This document shows positions 52,701 through 64,000 of a stretch of DNA of 64,000 nt, one piece after another. Made by a program: the position numbers and the translations under genes. The first letter of the stretch is position 1. Each line of letters starts with the position of its first letter. The stretch covers positions 62,001 through 126,000 of the forward strand of contig NMRA01000826.1 in assembly GCA_002633005.1 (NCBI GenBank), written 5' to 3'. This stretch comes from Phoronis australis. Lineage: Eukaryota; Animalia; Phoronida. The notes under the pieces are model-generated. The model saw nothing but the letters and a program-made list of their open reading frames with translations, did not search any database and was not told the DNA's origin.

Positions 52701-53865
52701 ACTTAAACATTGCTAGTTAAAGGTTATCTCCAACCATATTTAGTGGTCTCCATTCTAACTCGTAGATTAAAAAAACTAAGTTGCCAACTGGTAAAAGTCT
52801 ATATTTTCTGAAACAAAAAATAGCTGGGAATATAGAAATCTGTTTTGTATTTATGTACCATTATTATTTTTACGTTACTTTACAACACCCTTTTAAGTCA
52901 AAATTTCATTTTTAAGAGGGGTACATTCATAGCAAAATAACCCCTCAGTCTATTTCAATGAAAGATTTAGTTCACCAGTTACCTAAAAACGCTGTTAGGA
53001 ATTTTCGATTAGTCCTTTCATTTGGTTTTCATGACAAATCAAATCGCAAAAAATAAGGAATTTTTGTAAAAAATAGGAGTCGAATTCGTCTTTGTTAGAT
53101 TATGACAAAACTAGGGCTTTTTATTGAAACTCCTAACAGCATTTTTGAGATTGATGAATTAATATTAAGTTTGGAAAGTTTCGGCGAATTCCACCAAGCC
53201 CTTTTTGAAAACTCGTGTTCTTAAGTTCAATTACAGTTGATTTGCTGAAGCCGAGAAAAAGCTGATTAAACTGGGACGAGCAAAAATGTCAAAGTCTTCG
53301 GTATACTATTTGGTGAAAACTTGTTTTCAGTAAATATAACCTATACATGCCTTAACCATGTTAGCTATTTCAACATTCAATCACAATCTTATGTCAACTG
53401 AATTTGCAGTGTGTAATTAACTTAATTATCATTAAAAGTACCGTCCCCAGCCAACTGAGACCTACTTTGAAGTAGGTCGCAGCTCATTGTTATTAACATA
53501 GTCTGTATGCATCACGTACCGGGAGACTGATAGGACACCTACGGTAGTAAGAAGTGGATAACAAAAATCGAGTTGGTGGTTAAAGTTTGTCCTTAGCATG
53601 AGATCAAAATAGCGAAATGCCAATGTACTTATTGAGTTAATTTAAGGAATTTGCATGAGGATTTATCTCATTTCACAACTTGTTGTGTTCGTGACCACAA
53701 AGGCGTGAGGCGACTCGTAGAACTCGTTCTCAACAGTCGTATGCATGTATACGCACAACTCTTCAGGATCAAAACTAAGTTAATGTCTTTGTTTTCTCCG
53801 CCACTGTTCTAACATAAGTTCACCTCATGGACTCTATTATGGCGACTCGGTGAATGAAAGGGCAT
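40694..53865 (-). CDS. Uncharacterised multi-exon gene: ParB/sulfiredoxin-like domain + coiled coil + NLS-like segment + beta-rich C-terminal domain (~570-580 aa)
   Basis: Phase-consistent, stop-free GT-AG exon chain: (53865-53824?), 52565-52508, 50063-49567, 49074-48815, 47890-47824, 47001-46876, 46403-46227, 45260-45181, 44129-44090, 43900-43838, 43166-43122, 41277-41000, 40706-40694; AATAAA at 40550-40545. Confidence 0.75.
41000..41277 (-). CDS. ParB-like gene C-terminal domain exon (EIIGIVEWSRGAIYLGRWVG...VQVITAY)
   Basis: tgttttag| acceptor, |gtaagt donor; 278 nt open, phase 0-2. Confidence 0.75.
41333..43048 (+). mobile_element. Full-length HINE copy in an intron of the ParB-like gene
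   Basis: Start aacaagagcaatgcggagcattgaaatgcacccac; end palindrome with duplicated gtgggcgcat. Confidence 0.85.
43122..43166 (-). CDS. Micro-exon ANEPRAKRVKEKHID (NLS-like)
   Basis: ttttacag| acceptor, |gtaagt donor; 45 nt, phase 0-0. Confidence 0.7.
43204..43423. mobile_element. Left arm of Harbinger MITE (12527 subfamily), cut by an N join
   Basis: Near-identical to 12527-12746; TTA flank. Confidence 0.85.
43838..43900 (-). CDS. Micro-exon DELRQGAISSQPVNNKRKSDK
   Basis: cctttcag| acceptor, |gtatgt donor; 63 nt, phase 0-0. Confidence 0.65.
44090..44129 (-). CDS. Micro-exon QPVIHHDASVLFL
   Basis: ttttaatag| acceptor, |gtaagt donor; 40 nt, phase 2-0, restores the frame. Confidence 0.55.
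44520..45050 (-). mobile_element. Degenerate 3' fragment of an L1/Tx1-type non-LTR retrotransposon ORF2
   Basis: Frameshifted DWKNIIYTLPY..FQFRVLH/RII..CSFC..ETLSYLFWEC (zf-RVT-like), then NILLLPAKQYIY...KWENF. Confidence 0.8.
45181..45260 (-). CDS. ParB-like gene linker exon AKEGKHPSPKPVASEVPDTYSRARMP
   Basis: tcatgtag| acceptor, |gtaaca donor; phase 0-2 (read-through gives an immediate TAA). Confidence 0.6.
45665..46090. mobile_element. Harbinger MITE (9051 subfamily, reverse orientation) preceded by a second TIR end
   Basis: Reverse complement of about 9051-9470; CTGGAACAGCCC ends at 45680 and 46090. Confidence 0.8.
46095..46213. repeat. 20-bp tandem repeat x6 (gagaatccattaaatctca[g/a])
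   Basis: Directly visible. Confidence 0.92.
46227..46403 (-). CDS. ParB-like gene coiled-coil exon (NSTSQIRAIQKRL...LTGLLKRLQ)
   Basis: ttattgcag| acceptor, CAG|gtatgg donor; 177 nt, phase 0-0. Confidence 0.8.
46876..47001 (-). CDS. ParB-like gene coiled-coil exon (MKLALEQSEQKLEKAERRANKAERELEQLENEMYERKRKEGD)
   Basis: ctgtag| acceptor, |gtaatg donor; 126 nt; heptad pattern. Confidence 0.8.
47824..47890 (-). CDS. ParB-like gene exon SNTFKSAETGKKDCDVEIDVTE
   Basis: tgttttag| acceptor, GAG|gtaggt donor; phase 2-0. Confidence 0.7.
48815..49074 (-). CDS. ParB-like gene helical exon (IQQLRNKYKVHLKVACL...KITFQQFKEKLKDQGS)
   Basis: tgttttag| acceptor, |gtaagt donor; 260 nt open, phase 0-2. Confidence 0.82.
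49567..50063 (-). CDS. ParB/Srx-like domain exon (RTADAKHVKALKESL...VQIIGGNHTHLALKDL...INIYWGLTTEQCLTLG)
   Basis: tgttatag| acceptor, AAG|gtgaca donor; 497 nt open; motif order matches the ParB N-terminal/Srx fold. Confidence 0.85.
52508..52565 (-). CDS. ParB-like gene exon AASLPSHVEHDGALSDKLV
   Basis: atttcag| acceptor, G|gtatgt donor; phase 0-1 fits the next exon. Confidence 0.65.
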
Positions 53866-53913
53866 AGGGTATATACGAAGCTGCTCTATACCTGGTGCGA
53901 GATTCGATTTGAG

Positions 53914-53926
53914 TGACCTTTGACCT
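53914..53926 (-). promoter_or_regulatory. Perfect nuclear-receptor DR1 (AGGTCAAAGGTCA) near the putative 5' end of the ParB-like gene
   Basis: TGACCTTTGACCT on +; TATA-like and TCATTC Inr-like sequence just downstream on -. Confidence 0.3.
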
Positions 53927-54598
53927 CGGATAAGTAGTAAACAAATATCCACGCGGTTGTGCGGTTCTAAGGTGGTTCTGCTAAATCTTTTTTCTCGCTA
54001 CACTGTATATATTTTGTATTTGAAGTTACCCCAGAATAAAGATAATGTATTTTGCTAGACACATGTGAAATATTTTTGAAAATGGCCAATTTTTGTGAAT
54101 AAGGTTTGAGATATCCTTAAAAGACAAACACACAACTTGTGGCAAAAGGGGATGACAATAATAACAGTTAGTGTAATAAATAATAAGTCAATAATAATTC
54201 ATCATTAAGAACACTTCATGTAGCAAAAATACAATGGTGGTACAGTACAAAACAGTGCCACATATCAAATGAGGGCGAATTACCGAATGCAAGGATTGAA
54301 GATATGTGAGTGGCAATTAGAAACTGGCAAACATGAAGCAACTTCATGCAAGGGGAGAGTATAAAAAGATGACTAATGGAGATCATACAGCAAATAATTT
54401 AATAACTTCTGCTTTTTTCTACTAACATATTAACAATTCATTTTTGGAACAGAGCACTTGCTGACAAATCAAACTCTCAGGTAAAGAATTTCTCCAAAAT
54501 TAAGACAATTCATCTTATACAACTGTTGTAAAATCATACTCACAGCATGACTTTCTGTAAAATCTTGATCAACAGAAGCTTGGTATTCTGGAAACAGT

Positions 54599-55214
54599 AA
54601 CAAGAGCAATGCAGAGCATTGAAATGTGCTCACAAATGCAACGCAAACAGAGTGATTCTAGGGTTGTTGTTCTTGTATCATAAAAATGGCAACTGGAATG
54701 CGCAAAAAAGTCCATTCCATCCGAAAACGAGAACATGAACATACCCACAGGCGTCCTCAGCTTTTGATCGTCCACAATACACTATATAATACTACAAGGT
54801 ATGACACTCCCGACTAGAAATTCCACGGGTGCTTCACTTCAGCCGTCCATAGCAAACACAAAACTCAATAAATTTACACAAAACATAGGTTCAACAAACC
54901 ATGAGGAATTGTTCTTTCTCCCAACACCATTTACAGTGTCCTGCTTCACCCAGTTCGCAAGAAATTTGCGGTCAAAGCACAAAATCTTCCCAAAAAGCCC
55001 GTCCGGAGAAACTCCTTTGTAAATGGAAGTTAAACGACGATAGGGAATCATCCAATGAGTTACAGATGAACAGCAGTTGCCAATTTGTCACGGAAAGTTA
55101 AGAAATCGTGAAAGGTTTAGAAATAGAGCAGCAGATGCCGGACGGAGGGACAGTCAGAAGGACGGACGGAGATGACGGCATAATGCATCCACATATAAAT
55201 ATGTGGGCGCAAAA
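54599..55214 (+). mobile_element. HINE copy with unrelated internal sequence
   Basis: Both termini recognisable; about 54740-55080 is not shared with other copies. Confidence 0.75.
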
Positions 55215-55668
55215 CAATTCACTTGTTTGGGATGGCGAAAAATTAATTATTTTGCTCAAAGTTGGAGATCGTACCAAATTTTAGAAATATGCAAAATTGG
55301 TCATCCAAAATTCAAGAATTATGAAACGAATTTAGCTATGGCAGCTATTTTAAATGATTTCATCTCAGAGTTGATACAAAATGCAGTGTCCAATATTTCA
55401 GAAATATGATGAATGCTTTAATTACCAACAACCTCGTATTATTTTGGCTTGAATTTCAGTGTCCTGAACTTTAGAGACTGTCCCAAACTGGAAAACTTTT
55501 GTAGCATATTTTCAGTTGACACATTCCCAAAGTTGTTCTCTATCAATTGTGGTTTGTCTTGTGCAGGAAACGTGCCGACTAAAGCCACGTCTGTCGTGAA
55601 AATGGCAAATTTATTTGATCACTCATTTCAGCTATCAAAAAGCATAATGGCAATTCAGTTGCACTTAC

Positions 55669-55750
55669 CTTGAACAATCGTTGCCCACTTTTGAAGAAAT
55701 AGTGTTCTGGATAATCCTTTGAAACAAGCAGAAATTGCATTTTTGTCAAC
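55669..55750 (-). CDS. Candidate exon of the host minus-strand gene (frame unresolved)
   Basis: tctacag| acceptor, AAG|gtaagt donor; open in two frames. Confidence 0.35.
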
Positions 55751-57130
55751 CTGTAGATTTTTAAATTGTACACTGATCTGCTTGCCATCACTCAGTGTCA
55801 CCTAAAATAGTAATAAACTTGCTAATGCCCAACAGCATTTTTAAACAAAGTGAGGAGAGAATGTTGAGAGAATCTTCACTGAAAATTTATGAATTGTTAC
55901 CAAATAGTTTGACTTAACCATAATTCAAGCCACATCTTGCAAAAAATCGTGCTGATGAATATCATGCCATTCACAATGAGCATTGTACAGTAAAAACTGG
56001 TAAATACTTGACACTTGCATTTTGCAATTTGTTTATCCTGTATATCCATGATATCAGCAGGAGAGTATTGGAAAAAAATATTGTATTCAGCTAATTTCAA
56101 ATCTGCTTCCAAATATCAACTATTCTTGTTGCAAATAGCCAATATTTTGTGAACATGAGTTGCTTTGAGCATGAATTTCTGAAGGTTCTGAAGGAAGCAA
56201 CTGAAAGGTCAGAAAGCTCACATTTCAAATCTTTTTTACTCATGTTGATAGTTGGATAGGTGGGTCACTCCAATAACTCCAAAACTACAAATTAACAAGA
56301 TACCTCACCCAATTCGTCTATAATTAATGTCAGTCCACGTAGTGGCAGAATTCAGGTCTGACATCATGTTCAGTTAATATCAGGACCCAAATACAAGACA
56401 CTAAAATCCATCTGCAGATGCCATTTTCATCAACAACCCGTTTGCATCCCCCTCTGTGATCAGAATTTTGACATGTGAATCATGAAACTTCCAATCTTGA
56501 CAAGTAGTGCTGATGCAAAATCCCACGATTTCTGGAAATTTCACGTTTAAATGCCCGTGTTTGGTTAACTGCCCACCTCCAAATTTTTGAGTTTGCCAAT
56601 TTAACCGCCCAGGGCGTTAACCTGAACGTTTACGATAAATGAGATGAACTCCTTTTTCTCCTTTCATTATACACGCGCCACAGTAAGAGATGGCACATTC
56701 CAACCGAAGGAGTCTGTGAGAAAAGGCAGCCTTCAACCTACAGCAAAATGACAAGCAACAAGAGTTAGTTTGCAGTTGTAGTACAGTTGCAAAATAACTC
56801 TTAGCCATTTGAAAATTTTCACTCCTAAATTAGTTTACAAATTTACTGTTACTACTTCAACTGACTGTTCAACTGGGATTTATTTCAAGTGGTGTACCAG
56901 CTCCAACTTGAATTTCAAGTGTGGTTCAGCAGACAGAAAACTAGGATGATTTCAACTGGCCTTGAACTAGGATTTCCACTTTTTTCAGTGTAAAAAAAAA
57001 CAAAGAAACGTTTGAGTTTATGCTTCAAAATCTGTTGATCCCAAGACTAAGAAAGGATTTTGTAAGCTTGCAGTCACTTAGTCAAGAAATCTGCCAAGGG
57101 TCAGTTCTTATGATCAAAATACTAGTTAGA

Positions 57131-57540
57131 AACAAGAGCAACGCAGAGCGTTGAAATGTGCCCATGAATATAACAGCATCGCAAACGCTGTGCTTCTAGG
57201 GGCGTTTATTTGTATCATAAAAATTGCCACTAGATGGCGTAAAATACGTCGAAATCATCCAAAAACGGGAACATCTCAGCATTTACCAAATTTCACAAAC
57301 ATACGTCAGAACAAAGGAAAATGGGAAAAACGTAATTGCCACTAGGGGGCACAGCATTCATCAGATTCATATGAAAGTCGTGTCCATTGTCAACTTCATA
57401 TGAATACAATTGCTAAGGTTGCCTTCGCCTTTAAGAACATTATTGCCAATTCTCAAAATCATTCTCAGAATGCTTTGATTGATACAGAGGTGGACAGCAA
57501 AAAAAGAGACTTTGAAACAGGAAAAAATGGCCACTACGTG
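57131..57540 (+). mobile_element. Truncated HINE copy
   Basis: aacaagagcaacgcagagcgttgaaatgtgccca start; microsatellite end missing. Confidence 0.75.
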
Positions 57541-60500
57541 CATTTTGCGTCTAAAATTTTGACCTTTTAAAAACGTCTGATGAGTCAACAGTTAAGTAAT
57601 TGGATTATAAGCATCAAACACACTTTTTACAGACTTTGCAATAAAGAATTCCACTAAAAGGGCTTATAAAGCTCTGGAAATGGTCATTCAGTGCAAAGGT
57701 TGTCTAATTTTCTTACATTCTTCAAGGAATTTTCAATTTCAGCACATATGCCAATCAAATACACTACTTTACTAAGCAATCAGACCATTCAATCAGATAA
57801 AATATGTCAAAGATCATGAAGTGTAAATTTTAAACTATAGACACTTCAGATTTACCCATGTGATTGATGCATGAACTGGAGTTTTAATTCCAAAGCTTCA
57901 GGTCATTTGGTGCAACCATGGAGTCAGAGAACATAGCTGGACGGAGATCACATGATTATAGACCACTCAATGTTGAATTACTGATGAGTTACTGAATTAT
58001 GGAGGACCCAGCCTACCATCTGTTCAATTATAACTAAATTCATAAAGTTCTTTTTCTATATTTTCCTCAGATACAATTTAACTCATTTATTCCTGAAATA
58101 GGAAAAGAATGAAATGCTATTTTAGACCAACTTGAAATTTCAGTCACAAAAATCACACACGAATAAATCAAATTATACTCACCCTCACAAAACCAACAAG
58201 TCTGTCAGTTTCAACAGATTTTATATGTGGACACAAATGGGATGAAGGAGTATCGATATAAATATTGTTGTTCTCCAGAGTAAACCACCAACTTGATGTA
58301 ATGTAACAAGCACTCATGTCTCATGTGCTGCGGAGTGTATCAACTAACTGCTGCAATGACAACTGCAACTACAAGACATGTGGGAGCTTTACCAGCACTG
58401 GCCACTCCTTCTACATAAATACATGGATTGCCTGTTTACACAGCGTGATGGCCATTAGGGCATTCCTGTGAACTCAACCTCATCTATCGCTTTTGTTTAT
58501 GCTTACCATGCAACACATTGAAGTGGAAGTTAGCTAAGGGGATGTCACAAATAAAGAGGATCTTGTTGCATCTCCTGTATGTGATTATTACCACGTCAAG
58601 GTTATGTACATTGAAGGACTCTAGAAAAATGGCTGAACATGACTAAGTTCAGAACATCATACCGGTAGTTTTATACATCAGGAATGGCTCATTGGATTCA
58701 TGTGAAACTTCCCAATACTATGATTTGTGCACTACTCTCCAATACAAGTAATTGCTTAGAAATGCTCCACTTTTTATGAGGGCATGTTAAAAATACATCT
58801 TGTAAGTTCAATGATTTCCATGATAAAAGTATTTTAATACTTAAAAGTTGCATAAAACGCAAATGATATAATTAAAAAACACAGTTTTTGAGATTTCAAC
58901 TTGTACGTTTAAATCAAATGAAATCTGGTCATGCCGTTGCTTTGTTATCTATGAAGTTATCTTTTTGTTAAGTTTACCTAAATCATTTAGCAGGCTACTT
59001 AGTACTTCACAAGGTTAGCAGGATACTAGGCCTAGATTGTTTACACAACTAGTAACTCCCCAGGATCCAGACTGATGACACCATCTGTATGATAGGCCAC
59101 AGCAGTGCTGCTCTTCAATAGAAAGCACTTATGGACAAATGTGAGTTGATTTTGACCAAAAGCGTGTGATCAAGATAAGGTAATTTATAATTAACTTTCA
59201 AAATTAAATGAGAAAAACACAACAGTTGGAATGCTCAAGCACTTTCCACTCACAGTCAGCAGACAGCTTATCACTGTCTACATCTAAGTGGAAGTTGAAA
59301 TAACAGCAGTAATCTACCCTAACTTGGACATGGAGGCAGGACTTCAGACACTGAGCCACTAAGACATGTCCAAATTAATTGCCATGTTATTGACATGGTT
59401 GCTTAGCTATCTTCTCAATAAATTTTCTAAGGCACGGCCACATGACACAATCAATGACAGACTGATAAAAAGCAAAAAGCTGCTTTTGCGTTAAGAGTTC
59501 TTGTAGATATTTGATATAAATACAGACATGTGGATAAGGCCTTTTACATAACACTTAAGAGCTCCTTAAACGACAGTTAGAGGGTAAAAACAGTAAGATA
59601 GACTCACACTTAGCAGACCCAGTCCTTAGACAAGGTCAGACAGGAATGCAAACTTCAAACTGCAATTAACAAACACTGCCACAGTATGACCCAGAAGCAA
59701 CAAAAGGTCCAGTGTGCCTTCATGTACAACTCGCCATATTGCAAATAAAAACATAGAGTTATTCCCCATTCGTGAACCAAAACTGTGATAATAAAATCTG
59801 CAAGTGTAGCGACACATGCTATATCTGGAGAAAATATAACTTTCATTTAATCCACATGATAATAGAATTAAAAATAAACCTTTTGAGATTTAAATTTTTT
59901 GTAGAAAACCTTAGGAATTGCCCCTACGAAAACACCATATTTGCCACAAGCATGTAGCAAGATTAGTGGCCAGCTGCAATCCAGCATCATGCATTGCTGC
60001 AAACACTTTGTTTGCAGGGATGTTGCCAGGTTGAGGGGGGGGGAAGTTGCACCCAAATTCAAAGACTTAAAAAATGTTTGCAGAAAGGTTGGGACATTTG
60101 ATGAAATAAATTAAAAATTTAAATTTGAGATCAAAGATTCTGCATGGTGGTTTGGTAATTGTCCCAGTTATGTTGCACACCCAGCAAACTAATAAGGAAC
60201 ATATTATTGCAAGATTAAACAAACCTTCAAACCTTTTAGATTGTAAAAGTCACATTCCTTGTCCAATTTTCAAAATTTAAAAAATAAACACCTGTGCTTT
60301 TAACAAACTATTCAAATATGCTATTTACAAAGTTTTAAAACAAAAATTTAAAAATACTGTTGTTGCTCCTAATGTGATCATGATTGTCTCATTATCTAGG
60401 GGAACATAACACTAGCAGCCTGAGGCGATTTAATTAACCACAACAGCATGGTGTTTTTGATCTGAACCAGCTAATTCTGTGGAGGCAAACCCATCTCCAC

Positions 60501-61200
60501 TGGTTAGGGTGACAAGGGATTCTTTTCATGATGTGACACAACAGTGTGCCATTGTTTATGTAGAGATTCATGGTCTACAGACAAGTTCCTGTACTAGCCT
60601 TGTTCTGGGATAGGAATGTGAGTCATACATAAATTTTGAGAAAAGTTTATAGCCAAGTACCACTGATCATACAGCTTTGCTTGCTCCCCATTGGCTAAAC
60701 TTCAGTGGATTATGTGAGTCTCTGACACCCACCAGACATTCAACTGCAGAATTTTCATTACCTGTTAATAGATGGAAATAATTAATCAACATTAGCAGTA
60801 AAAGCAGGGTAGGATTGCCATTGCAGTGGCAGATTTAGGGGGAGGCCAAGGGGGCCAAGGGGGCCATGCCCCCCCTAAAATTGTACCCCAAATACCATGA
60901 TGACCGTTATCGACAAGTCTGCACATTCAGGTATTATCTACAAAACTATAAAATTATAACTTGGCAAAAGTAGTACTTTCTGAAAGTAGAAAACCAAAAC
61001 TGATGTCTGACTTTATGCTAATCTTACATTGATTGAGACACGTGACCATATTGTTTTAGGAATTAAAATTCAGGAGAAACGAACTTTACGCAAAAACAAA
61101 GGCAATACAACCACGTTTTGTTTGATATGTACTTAATATTAAACAAGAAATCTCAAATGTGTTGTTTTATGCCTTTGAAAATATTTTGTTTATATTTTAT

Positions 61201-61702
61201 CAGGGCTTGGAATGACCAATGACAAAAAACGCGGAAACTTTTACGGCCCAAATCATGCGCACTACCCAGCCTTGAAATGGTGGATGTGTACCTTTCCCCG
61301 ACAAAAATCAGGAAGACTAAAAAAAATGAAAAAAAAAAAACGTTACCACCATCAGTAGCATGCGTGTGCGTCCTTTTAGCTCGTCCGTCCACTCCCAACC
61401 CACACATTTTTGGCTGCAGGGCCGTAGTATTTGTCGCCGCGGTTTACAATAACACGAGACGCCATTGAAAATCCCACCACGCTATCCCGGGCAATTTTGA
61501 CAATTTACGTTCCTTCGAAACATAAAGAGCAACTTCCGCTTTTCGAGGTGAATGTTGTCTGCAACGCCCCAGTAAGAAAGGAATTTGCCGTGGAAATTTT
61601 ATATCAAATCCGTTTTTTTTGCGCGGAAATATAATAAAATACGCAGACAGAACATATGAAAAAAGCGGAAATCCGCGTTTCCGCGGAAAATTTCAAGCCC
61701 TG
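61201..61702. mobile_element. hAT-like MITE
   Basis: CAGGGCTTG termini in inverted orientation; ttttat on both flanks. Confidence 0.6.
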
Positions 61703-62381
61703 TTTTATGCAACTTTAATTTGTTTTTTTACAAAGATCATAGAAGTCTTATTATGAAAGTACCGCTTCACCCCAGCCAATATGCTAATTTTTGTTAATTA
61801 CTCAATACTTTTCAGGTCAATAGATGTCACGTAACAATCTTGTTGCCCCACCCATTGGTCAAATAGCAAATATTGGTTTATTAAGCAGATTTGTCGGGTA
61901 AATAGCATCAGCTTTTTCATAGCTTAAAAACAGCGTTTTGTAGAACAGTGTACGGTAAGTTGATGTTTAAGGCAGAGGAGTCATTTCTGAGATGTGATGT
62001 TCCGAAGTTGTTCAAATTTTGACATTTTTCTAGGGTCCAACATAACCTTAAGACCAGTATTTTAACACGACTGTGTAAATCCGGCTTTATTACTTTACCT
62101 CCTTCTACAACACGTCTGCGCATGCGCTGCGTATGCCTAACACGAAACCGTGGACTGCAGGCCATGCACCAAAACTAAAAACTGAAGACATATCAGCATA
62201 ACAAAGTAAAACACACCATAGCATGAGTAGGTAGGGCCCATCCTTCATGCAATTAAATTCAGGCACAGGCAAATGTGTTCACTTCTCTAATGTTGTACAC
62301 AGTAGTTGGTTGCAAACAGCTGTTGTTGGTTTAGTGACAAGCATAAGCATCAGAGGAGGCAGCAGGACATCTATCACTCAC

Positions 62382-62476
62382 TTGACAGTAATGGTCACAG
62401 GGATTGGGAAACATTTGATAAGATTGGCACACAAAGAGCTTCTGGCACCATCAGCCAAAAGCTGTGTCCAGACAGA
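62382..62476 (-). CDS. Candidate upstream exon of the FANCF-like gene (SVWTQLLADGARSSLCANLIKCFPIPVTITV)
   Basis: atttgtag| acceptor, |gtgagt donor; only one frame open; linkage to the downstream exons is unproven. Confidence 0.4.
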
Positions 62477-62502
62477 CTACAAATAGGAGCAAGTCTCACT
62501 CC

Positions 62503-62864
62503 AAAGTGCCGTTTACACTTACAAAGTTGACACAGATCAGCTGACACAGAACAAATTGTTCCAGAGTGTAAACGGACTGAAACAGCGCAAATTGACACCG
62601 CGGTGACAAATTTTTGCCACCCGTTTGTGAGGTAGAGAAATTTGCTCCCGAACATCTTGCGCCATGTTAATTATAAGTCTAAACGCGAAACTGGAGTAAG
62701 GTGGAAAGGATCATCTCTACTGCGCTTGTGCATTGACCTACATACAGGTTCTTTGTCTCTGCAACTCTCGTCATTTGTAAACCTGCGCATGTGCGATCCA
62801 GGCTTTCCAGCCATTAATTTCCGTCTTGCCACAGTTAGTGAGCTGTGTGTGTAAACGGCCGCTT
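62503..62864. mobile_element. Probable MITE
   Basis: gccgtttacac / gtgtaaacggc inverted termini and internal inverted tgacac motifs. Confidence 0.5.
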
Positions 62865-64000
62865 GACACGTGTCAATTTGCTCTGTGTCAGTTGCGCGGG
62901 GCCAAAAGTTGATGTCTAAACGGGACTCAAAAGACATTGTCCCAATTAGCAGGCCAATAGCATGGTGGAATCAAATACAGCTTAATTGCATTTCTCCAGG
63001 GAAAGTGTAAATAAAATAATATAAAATTACCAGCAGTCAAATTAAGAACTGTAGGCCTACTCATGATTGAGTAAGCAAATGAGTCTGAAACTAAAACATT
63101 ACCAATAGACCTTTACTTTGCAGATAGTGCAGTTGCAGTGAATGATCATACTGATTTGTCACCTTTGGGCACTACGGTGATACAAGAGCAAATTCAGTCA
63201 ATTTAATTTTAGTTAATTTTGAAATAAATTGTTCTCCTTTCAGAGTAAACACAACTGGTCTCACTTTGCTTTCTTATTTACTTATAATTAATAAAAATTT
63301 TGGAAATTTCCAGCTGGCTGACTAAGTATCTATGGGGGCTATGTCTGGATGCTATGAGTGGACACGTCATGAGGTTTGGAACATAAAATGGGGGGCAACA
63401 CTGGAGGAGAAAATGGAGAACGATGTGGATGGTAAAACGGGTTGTCTGTTTGGAAGCTAGTGCTTTCTAATTGGGACACCTCATTAAGCCAGCAAATTTA
63501 TTTACTTAAAATAAGAACACACTTTCTGATGTGAAGTTCTTTAAACTAATTTCAAGTAGAACTTATTCACGAGATGCTCTTACAACACAAAATCACAATC
63601 ACAGGTCTATTGACCTCTTCACAAAATGACATCCCACATACAGAATAGAGCTGCAAGCTCAAAATATCTGCAGCAACTGTTGGGTCTTTAGCCTATATGG
63701 AAAAGTTGGGATTATTTCAGGTGACAAAGAACAATACAGTAAACCAGCCACAAGCACATAAATCTCACTGTTGGACTCCAGTCATAGTCTCCACTTGAAC
63801 CCTCTACACAGCCTCCACACATAAACAGCTTCCAGACATAAGGGTCAGAATTTTACGCTATTATTTGCCTGTAGATTCAGGTTCAAAATATTTAGACATA
63901 CATTAGCAGCACCAACTTCTTGGTCTAAGCCTTTCATTCCCTTAAAATTTTATTTAGAGTTGACATGGTCAAGGTATTACTCTGCCATCAATGACATGAC

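Overview
This is an AT-rich, intron-rich animal (probably marine invertebrate) genomic window with one 406-N gap and three single-N joins. The + strand (2.2-23.4 kb) carries a calnexin gene lacking its N-terminal exons. It has two tandem, phase-identical transmembrane exons flanked by competing complementary intronic elements, which suggests RNA-structure-controlled mutually exclusive splicing. The - strand carries exons of a tentative FANCF-like gene (27.8-33.7 kb, possibly 62.4 kb). Also on the - strand (40.7-53.9 kb) is an apparently intact gene of about 13 exons encoding an uncharacterised ~570-580 aa protein: ParB/sulfiredoxin-like domain (IIGGNH motif), coiled coil, NLS-like segment and beta-rich C-terminal domain. 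Introns are packed with Helentron-associated (HINE/DINE-1-like) elements, PIF/Harbinger, hAT and pogo-like MITEs, an L1/Tx1 fragment and minisatellites. All gene models were assembled by eye from splice sites and reading phase; no database search was run.
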